Below are positions 55,088 to 64,000 of a stretch of DNA of 64,000 bases, one piece after another; the stretch's first letter is position 1, and the number at the start of each line of letters is the position of its first letter. Source of the stretch: Amoebidium appalachense (lineage: Eukaryota; Protista; Ichthyosporea); the NCBI GenBank assembly GCA_963693365.1, contig CAVNZM010000006.1, positions 4,505,264 to 4,569,263 of the forward strand, read 5' to 3'. Under the pieces are notes generated by a model, which worked only from the letters and a program-made list of their open reading frames with translations, ran no database searches and had not been told where the DNA came from. Both the position numbers and the translations under genes were made by a program.

Positions 55088-55143
<56 letters not shown>

Positions 55144-55148
55144 ACACA

Positions 55149-55181
<33 letters not shown>

Positions 55182-55616
55182 TCACACACACACAGTCACA
55201 CACACACGTGCAGGCTGTACCCGACTATAAGCACAAGCTCATGGATCCTGTTGCGCTCACGTGCCACGGGCCGATTGTCACCGATCAGTCTGCAGTCACT
55301 GTGCGCGAGGACTGAAACTGATTTAGATTACTAAACGCACGATTTGCGAAGGTTTAGTATTGAGATTCGAAGTGTAGGTTATATTTTTGTGTTTCGTTAA
55401 TGGAAGCCAAAGTATTGTTTGGTATCTAGATCCGAGTCCAGTCGAAAATCGGGCTACGTCTTGTGGCAGTCGCCTGCAAGCCACGTTGTTTCAGGTGGCA
55501 GTAAAGTTTATCTTCGGACTGATCATCCATTTGTTAGAGTGGGTCATTCCTTTGAGGCCATCTTTTCTAAAAATTTGGCAACCGAGGGAGGTGGTGTGTG
55601 TGTGTGCACGGTATGT

Positions 55617-55692
<76 letters not shown>

Positions 55693-56221
55693 CTGCCACG
55701 GTACCGGTTGACGGTGTCACGTACCATATCTGAGCTAAATCGGCTTGCCGAAGGCGGTTCCTTACTTCTTCGCAGCTGCAGCCATCTTTTCCCCGCAGTC
55801 TTTTTTCTTCACAGCCTTCCTTCTTCGCAGCAGTCACTTCGCGTACACAGATAAGCATTGTTATTACTAGCGAGACATTTCTGCTGAGGTAGGAAGGAAA
55901 ATAACTTAAAGGCATCACCTCAGTAGGTGGGGGGGGGGAGGTGGGGGAAGGGGGGGGGGGAGTGGGGGAAGGGGGGAGTGGGGGAGTGGGGGAAGGGGGG
56001 GGGGGAGAGGGGGGGGGGGGGGGGATGGCCTAATATCAGTGCAGCTGGTCACACAGTTTTCTGCCGTTGCTTTTATATTAGGTATATTCTATCTTGGCAA
56101 TAATGTATGCTTATTTGGGCACCGGTACCGAACCAGAACAAGCACAATTTTTGTGAATGTCAAGTTGCACTTTGGTTGAATGAATGAAGGTGAGAAATAT
56201 AAAGCTAGGACCAAAAAAAGT
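53430..56221 (+). pseudogene. CABLES: Second diverged copy of the CABLES 3' end (exons 53550-53649, 54435-54465, 55214-55315 plus introns and 3' flank); pseudogene fragment or alternative 3' end
   Basis: Homologous to ~45140-47757; EIEGEFHLSTKDIKAAEFEFYS../[43 protein letters not shown]; splice sites intact; one 1-nt deletion near 53617. Confidence 0.92.
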
Positions 56222-56297
56222 TACCCTCTTTATCCGACAACAGCACTGTTAATATATAGTCTGCGTGTGACCACGTGACACTGACGTGTGTGTGTCA

Positions 56298-56373
<76 letters not shown>

Positions 56374-57099
56374 GCGTGTGTGCGTGCGCGTGTGCATGCA
56401 CGTGCGAGCATGCACGTGTGTTTCTGTGTGTGCGCGCGTGTACGTGTGTGTGCACGTGTGTATGTGTACATGTGTTCATAAGTATGTACGTGTACACGTG
56501 TGTGCGTACACGTGCACATGTGTGCTTGCCAAATTTAAAGTGTGCAAACGTATGCATGCGTACGTGTATGCGTGTGTGTGGACGATGTGGCACCATGGCA
56601 CAATTCAGGAGCTACCGTCAGACCATGACGGTCGTCTGTCGGCCTGGTTGTAAAGTTTCTTTCTCAACTCTCAAGGCTATAATCGTCAAAATCCTCACTG
56701 GAAAACCGGATGTGAGAAAGACCGGCCCGTCTTCCATGGGAATTCGAAAACGCGTGGCGTGCGCACGTGCACGTACGCGCCTGTCGACACAGAGCCTCAG
56801 GCTCAGAGGACCCGGTCGAGGCCCTTCTCTCATGTCCTCATGGTCCATATGGAGTCGGGAAAAGTCTCGGATTCGAGAAGTCTCCTCATGGTTTATCTCC
56901 AGGAATCGCCAGATTTCTGGTATTTATACCGTTTATTTGCATATGAAAAAACAACATAGTTTGCGTCATCGCCATGACGTCATCCCTGCCTGCACAGACA
57001 AGGTCCAAGTCCAACGGAATGCCAGGAAGTTTTGGCGTTTCTCACCATACCCATGAAAGCATGCTCGACTGGGTTACAACCGAAAATGTTTTTATTTAT

Positions 57100-59273
57100 T
57101 ATAATGACTTTATTGATGTGCTCACATGTTCGAAGGACACGAAAAAGAGATATCCAGATATCTCGAGAGACGATTTTCGAGTCACTCAAATGGGAAGTAG
57201 GCTCACTGGAATACGGACGTCGACCCAAAGGTATAAAAATACAAATAAACACTAAAGGCAGGAGTGAAAACGATAAGTTGATATCTCGGCTGCCACAACA
57301 AAAAAAACCTCCATAAAGGTGACCTAATATGAATTGAGTCACAGAAATCATTGAGTGAAACGCGTACGTTAACACACAGAAATTTGAGTAAATGCGTACG
57401 TTAACATGTAATTAGCATCGATGGCAGGGTACAAAATGAGAAGCTTGGGGCAACCCAAAGGTATAAAAATACAAATAAACACCAAAGGCAGGAGTGAAAA
57501 CGATAAATTGATATCTCGGCTGCCACAACAAAAAAAAACCTCTATAAAGGTGACCTAATATGAATTGAGTCACAGAAATCATTGAGTGAAACGCGTACGT
57601 TAACACAGAAATTTGAGTAAATGCGTACGTTAACATGTAATTAGCATCGATGGCAGGGTACAAAATGAGAAGCTTGGGGCAAAAAATACAAATAAACACT
57701 AAATGTTGTAGTACGTAGTACCTACATTAGGATGATCTTCTCAGTTTATGTTATGTTTCAGTTTGTGTGCTTAGTACAGTGTCACACTCCCATTATGAAA
57801 AATGACCGTCCATCGATCTCCAATGTACCTGTCACACATGTAATCGTAATAGATCAGGTTCTGATCGTGTATTTTATCACTGGTTAGTATGTTGATATCA
57901 CGGTGTGTACACGTTTCCACCCACTCAGGGCGAAACGTGTACATGTTTATGTGTACATGAATATCTTCGGTTACAACTGTGTTTTCGTGTTCGTGTTTTC
58001 TGTCCTGCTTTCTTTTCTCTTTCCTCCTTCTTCTTCTTTCTTTTCTCTTTCTTTTCTCCCTTGTTTTCTTTCACACAATTATATTTCTTTTTCACTAATA
58101 TACGTTGAGTAGATTTATATTACTCGTTATGTTTTGATTGGTAGAAAAACACTTAGGCTACACTTTAGCTTGTCATGTATGATTCATAGCTTAGTCAACC
58201 ACTTTAGTTTTGTGTGTTGCCGTACTGTATCCAATCAGTAGACTTAGTCAGAAAATGTCTGAGTCTTTGTAGCCGGTGATAGGTTAGAAACATCACCTCT
58301 TTCCTCGTTACTTTTCACCTCAATACTTTCTTATAGCTGTTACCTATGGTGTGCGTTCCTGTGTCTCCGGATCTATCCGGGAAATAATCAGTTAATTGTG
58401 ATTGGTTACTTTAGACATAAATCTGATTTCCGACTGGTCGGAAATCATGTATGGATTTGACTTAAGGGAATTTCAAGTATATATGCGAGACCGAAATAAA
58501 TTGAGTTTAGTCGTGTCTAAACATTGATGTCTGTTGTGTACACTGCTCCGATCGTTCCGTGTTTGTTGTTGTCACGGTGTCTGTGGTGTTTTCACACTGC
58601 GCCACTGTGTCTCTGCTTCTATCCCAAATACTTATAAAATTTTACACTAAAGGCAGGAGTGAAAACGATAAATTGATATCTCGGCTGCCACAACAAAAAA
58701 ACCCTCCATAAAGGTGACCTAATATGAATTGAGTCACAGACATCATTGAGTGAAACGCGTACGTTAACACACAGAAATTTGAGTAAATGCGTACGTTAAC
58801 ATGTAATTAGCATCGATGGCAGGGTACAAAATGAGAAGCTTGGGGCAAAAAATACAAATAAACACTAAAGGCAGGAGTGAAAACGATAAATTGATATCGC
58901 GGCTGCCACAACAAAAAAAACCTCCATAAAGGTGACCTAATATGAATTGAGTCACAGAAATCATTGAGTGAAACGCGTACGTTAACACACAGAAATTTGA
59001 GTAAATGCGTACGTTAACATGTAATTAGCATCGATGGCAGGGTACAAAATGAGAAGCTTGGGGCATAATATGAATTGAGTCACAGAAATCATTGAGTGAA
59101 ACGCGTACGTTAACACAGAAATTTGAGTAAATGCGTACGTTAACATGTAATTAGCATCGATGGCAGGGTACAAAATGAGAAGCTTGGGGCAAATATGAAT
59201 TGAGTCACAGAAATCATTCAATGTGAAACGTGTACGTTAACACACAGAAATTTGAGTAAATGCGTACGTTAAC
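57100..59273 (+). repeat. Tandem repeat array with ~217-230-bp units followed by ~125-bp truncated units, interrupted by a solo LTR
   Basis: Unit starts (t/c)aaaggcaggagtgaaaacg at 57253, 57483, 58648, 58866; near-identical copies; internal duplication ttgagt(g)aaa(c/t)gcgtacgttaac. Confidence 0.95.
57704..58646 (+). mobile_element. Solo LTR (943 bp) with TG...CA termini and 5-bp target-site duplication CTAAA
   Basis: aaaca-CTAAA|TGTTGTAG...TTTTACA|CTAAA-ggcagg; the uninterrupted unit at 58860-58875 has one CTAAA; TATA-like 58478 and AATAAA 58495 inside. Confidence 0.88.
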
Positions 59274-59634
59274 GTGTATTGTTCCTATTTGTTTGTAGTT
59301 TTTGACAAATAAATTATCCGACAGTTTTGTAGTTGTGAAACATCTAGTAAGTTCAAAAGATAAATGAACCATTTTTTATTTATCCTAGATGTGCTGGCGC
59401 GTAAGTAACTTTAAGTTTAAACTGAGGGTAATGGGCTATTAATTATTACTAAATGGGGTCATACAAAAACCCCTTGGTTGTGTTTAAGGAGATCCCACTG
59501 TTGCAATTATACTCACACTGTGTCGAGTCGAGCTGCTGCACAATGGGTTTGCAGTATGATGTGGCACAGCCCAGAAAAGTATGTGGCGCCTTTGCAAAAA
59601 AAAAAAAAAAAAATGCCGTGACTACTAAGACAAG

Positions 59635-59885
59635 TTGTGCGCAAACCTATGAAATGCACATTGTCGTTTTCTGTTTTATTATATTATTTTTATGCTAGAA
59701 GCTTTGGCAGCGCAGGACAGTGTGCATATCTGATCGCAATTGCCGTGTGCATACTTTTATGATCATCGTGGGCTTTTCAAGTTGTGGCAGTTGCATGTCT
59801 TTGCAGATCGCAGGCCCTGTGTGCGTTGAACGAGATTGCAGGAGCAGGAGATGTCTACATGTGTTTTTAGGGAGGGTTCGAAGCT

Positions 59886-59945
<60 letters not shown>

Positions 59946-60277
59946 ACAGAGGAGAAAGTAACGTGTGCATGTGTGTGGTACTCCTTGCACATGACGTGCG
60001 GGTGTGGCAAGTAATACAGCGCGGAAGTAAACTTTAATTTAATTTGCGATTCACTGGTGGGTGTTGAACAATAATAACACTCATTCGACAGACTCGGATT
60101 ACAAGAACATGAGATGTGCCAAGATATGTGTTTGTATACGAGATGGACGAAGCGGGGGGCGGGGGGGGGGGGGGGGGGGGACGGCGGCGGGGGGGGGGGG
60201 GGGGGGAGGGGGGGAGTTGGGGGAGGGGGGGGGGGGGGAGGGGGAAGTAGGGGATGTAAAGGGAAGAGAGAAGAAAG

Positions 60278-60366
<89 letters not shown>

Positions 60367-60991
60367 TGCGTGTATTGGTTGCCGGTGGACGTTGTGTATT
60401 GTTGGGGTAGTTGCTATTATTATAGAGAAAGAGACAGTATTTACGTGCCTTCTTGTTCTTGGGGGGTTTTTTTTCTTCTTCTTTTTCCCCGCACAAAGAC
60501 ATGCAGCGGGGAAAAAGGAAAAAAAACTGAGTCTCCAAGAACAAGAAGGCACGTAAATACTGTCTCTTTCCTCATGTATATTAGCAAACAGACACACACA
60601 CACACATCATTCCCCAACACATGCACACACACACACACATTAACACCGTCAACTGAGCGCGCACATTCAAAACCTAACCGATGTGGGACCAGGGGGGAAG
60701 AAAGGGCGAGGGGGAGGGGGGGGGAGGGGGGGGAGGGGGGGAGGGGGGGGGGGGCAGAGAGGACCACCCCGTGTGCACGTGTGTGGTACTCCTTGCACAT
60801 GTGTGCGGGTGTGGCAAGACATGCGGCGGGGAATAAAAAAAATAAAGGAAAAAAAAAAGCCCAATAACAAGAAGGCACGTAAATGCTGTCTCTTTCTTTA
60901 TATAGCAACATACCCAACAAGACAATGATCCACCAACCAATTAATATACACACGTGCACAAACACACAGTGTCACACACACACACAAATAC

Positions 60992-61055
<64 letters not shown>

Positions 61056-61067
61056 ACGCACACACAC

Positions 61068-61124
<57 letters not shown>

Positions 61125-61650
61125 TCGCACACACACACACATGCAAAACAAACACACACACCCCGTGGCACACTGTAGTACCCACCCACATGCACACACA
61201 CACACCGTGGAAAAGATAGGGGATGTGAAGGGGAGGTGGGGAGGGGGGCGGGGCGGGAGCCTCAGGGGGACCGTTATTTTATGGCCACAAATCTGAGAAC
61301 AAGATCATACATATGATACATTATTAACTCAATTGGTTCATCATGACAATATTGCCCTACCACAGCAAAAAAGAACAGGTACTGTAACATATCCTTTTAA
61401 ACCCTGCATGCCTGAGCATACAGACATAGATGGCAACATCTTGAAAATTGCCATACGTGGCCATTAATGCACAACACAGACATCCTGAATCCCGTTACTA
61501 CTAAGCTTTTGCACAAACCTATGAAATGCACATTGTTCCAAAGTACAAACCTATGAAATGCACCGTTGTTGTTTTTTGTTATATTATTTTTATGGAGTGC
61601 TAGAACGCAGCAGGCTCATGCGTGCGCATATATCTGATGGCATGTGACAC
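59635..61650. repeat. Rearranged repeat cluster with direct (59635-59730 ~ 61510-61645; 59963-60011 ~ 60770-60818) and inverted (60370-60470 vs 60855-60950) duplications and a long hairpin 60427-60570
   Basis: Shared strings caaacctatgaaatgcac, gtgtggtactccttgcacatg and aacaagaaggcacgtaaat and its reverse complement. Confidence 0.8.
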
Positions 61651-62223
61651 TGTGAATGCATTGTTGACCGTACATAATGTGTACTTTCTCGACTGCTCGA
61701 ATTAACGGTTTTTAAGATCTTCCTTTCTTATGTTCTATGTTTTGAAATTATTACCGTCAGAGTCTGGCAGGTCAGGATTAGAGAATGCAAACCAATTGAG
61801 TTGTGGCCAGCGAACCATGGCATCATATGCATGGCATCATGTGAAACCGACAATCATTTATGTCATCCGTCAACTTCAACGTATGTTTGGCATACAGTTT
61901 ACAAATGTTCATTGGCTCGGCACATGTCTACCCACCGCCGGCGCGTCCGCGATTCCTGGTGGACCGTCGGTGGCCGCATGGCCGCAGACCCTCTTGTAAC
62001 CCATAGCTAGCAAGCAGTTACCGGGCCGCTGCAGGGGACACCTGCGACGCGACGCTCACCGGCAGTGGAGTACCGGTGTATCGAGTGCGCGGACCACATG
62101 TACGTTCATTGACGAACACAACAAACATTTCACACCCTGGATGCCTCACCGTTCCAAGGACTGTGTTCAACCTGTTGCCAATCAACATTACGCTCACTTT
62201 GAAATCGCTGAAGTGGTTGGCCA

Positions 62224-63092
62224 ATGATAACGAAGAAGGACATATATATCCGTAAAGTGTGCATGATACTATATCACTTGATTTATAAACTACCACCCAA
62301 AATCTTACAAAAATTGGTTAAAATTGTTGGAGGCCTTACATTGGATTCATTGCTTATACGTTCATTCTTATATTTGCCACTGTGCCCAGAAGCTCGCGAA
62401 GATCCACTACAATATGTGTGCATTTGCGTCCTGGGCACAGTGGGCTGCAGCTCAGCCTGAATATCGGCAAGCTGGCAAGGGAAGAAATAATGGCTTGGCA
62501 ATGGTTTTACTTACATTCACTGCACTGCACAGTCTGCAACTCTGAGCCGGGTCGACACCGTGAATATTGCCGCCCTGGAATCGGCTCCCTAAACTACGTC
62601 GTCTAAATGTTGAATATGAATAGTTTCAAGTCTATGGCTGATAGATATCTTTTTACTCTACGTGTTGAGTCCCTTCCGGTGTTAGGACCGCACAAACACC
62701 AACTACTAGTAGCCTATATGGCGGATACGGTTAGAGAGTCTCGTTCATACATAGATTCGTTTATTCGTAATGTGGTGTGGTGTAAAAACGCAAAGATGAT
62801 TATGGCTTGGCGGTGTAATCGGTTTCTGGTGTCTCCTGCTCGTATGTGTAATATGTGTGGGGGGCGGTTTACTCGCGGCTGCATATCTATCAATAAATGC
62901 AACCTGTTAGCTAATGTATTAGAACCGGAGGTTATTGGCGGTTTTATTCTCTTTTCTTCATCTCTTCCTCAATATATCCGTTTTAAGATGACTATCCTAG
63001 ATCACCTTATTAATGCTGCACAGTATGATATTGTGATCCGGTGCCTTAACTTTCTGTCGGAGCTACCGATGCTAGCATCTGCTTACCCATAA
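62224..63092 (+). mobile_element. C-terminal (zinc-knuckle-like) fragment of a LINE ORF2
   Basis: IMAWRCNRF....RMCNMCGGRFTRGCI...C...TILDHLINAAQY resembles the Cys-rich C-terminus of fungal/protist LINE ORF2 proteins (recognised by eye); same strand as the RT at 50220-51447. Confidence 0.6.
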
Positions 63093-64000
63093 TATGTAAT
63101 AGGGGTGTCAGATCCTACGATGGCGCTCATTGTTGCCTAGCATGTACATATGTCACTGGCTGCATTTGATTGGCTGTGCCGGAAAACGCAGTAGGCCGTC
63201 GAATGTGGCTGGGCCTCCGGCAATGTCCACGCAATAAAAAGTGTGTAAACCCCTCTAAATGTTCTTGACCAAATGATGTCAAGTTGAAGTTAACTTGAAC
63301 TTGGTAAGGGTTATAAGTTTGATTCTTTTTGAAAGGCCAAAGCTCCCCCCGTTTTTTTCAAAGGAAAAAAGACAATTAGCAAAGACATATATATCAAAGA
63401 TCAATTAATTAATCCCTGAAAACTTTAGCCATCTTGCATATACTTCAACCTTTTTTTCAATCATTAATAACAGCACTGGAGGGCGCGTATGCAGATCACT
63501 CAGTTTGGGGGAGGTCTGGTTCGGCGATATTCACATCGATTTTACAATATTCCGATTGGATATACCGAGAAAATGGAATCTGGACCCACACTGCCATGGG
63601 AAACGCATGTCGACATTATGCATGATGGCGTTTCAATTGTGTGCCTACATAAAATCAAAGAATAAAAATATAGCAGATAAAAATACTTAAATACAACTTA
63701 TCAAATAAAATATACAAATAAAAAGAAGAGTTATAGACTTTAGTAGTGGACACAAAAAAACTGTACAGTACTGCGTCAACCTGCCATGGGAAAGGCCATC
63801 AGCCTGTGAGTCGCTCCCTGAGCGGCCTGGCCCGCCGGGCGGCCGGTTTTTACGATCAACATCGCGCGCGACATTTTATCTGGGAAACCAGATCTGAATC
63901 GCTAACATGGTTCCGATATCAGATAGAACCATTGCCGTTTTAGAAATGGATGTCGCATCAACAACTTTAGTGTGTCGTGCGAGCACAATTACTTAGTAAT

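Noticed and set aside
55925-56025. G-rich ggggagtggggga repeats as telomeric repeats
   Set aside because: Irregular, short and indistinguishable from the ubiquitous poly-G tracts.
56584-57100. Complex sequence upstream of the tandem array as a gene
   Set aside because: No reading frame on either strand gave a recognisable domain or a supported exon structure.
57100-59273. Possible CRISPR-like repeat-spacer array
   Set aside because: Whole units are near-identical with no unique spacers, there are no cas genes, and the context is eukaryotic.
61935-62100. GC-rich stretch near the LINE fragment as an HDV-like ribozyme
   Set aside because: The nested double-pseudoknot pairings could not be identified by eye.

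Overview
Intron-rich eukaryotic genomic DNA, probably a holozoan/opisthokont protist (inferred from gene content only). Introns are filled with (CA)n/(GT)n, (GA)n/(CT)n and poly-C/poly-G tracts, so most supplied ORFs are microsatellite artefacts. Splicing exons by hand gives five genes: the 3' part of VPS28 (5 exons), a small intronless minus-strand ORF with an RVxW motif, a 12-exon calcium-binding EGF-repeat gene (one EGF per exon, several indels), a complete 6-exon 422-aa gene with an oleosin-like hydrophobic hairpin, and a 14-exon CABLES (cyclin-fold) gene. The right third is a mosaic. It holds a decayed LINE RT, orphan exons including a PAN/Apple domain, a second synonymously diverged copy of the last three CABLES exons, a ~217-bp tandem repeat interrupted by a solo LTR with a perfect 5-bp TSD, fold-back repeats and a LINE C-terminal fragment. 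The most notable unexplained signals are a recurrent sense-strand intronic stem-loop with a fixed 15-nt loop and compensatory stem changes, A/C-rich 3' splice sites that lack polypyrimidine tracts, and the oleosin-like protein. Homopolymer-type indels suggest residual long-read errors, so frameshifts should be read cautiously.
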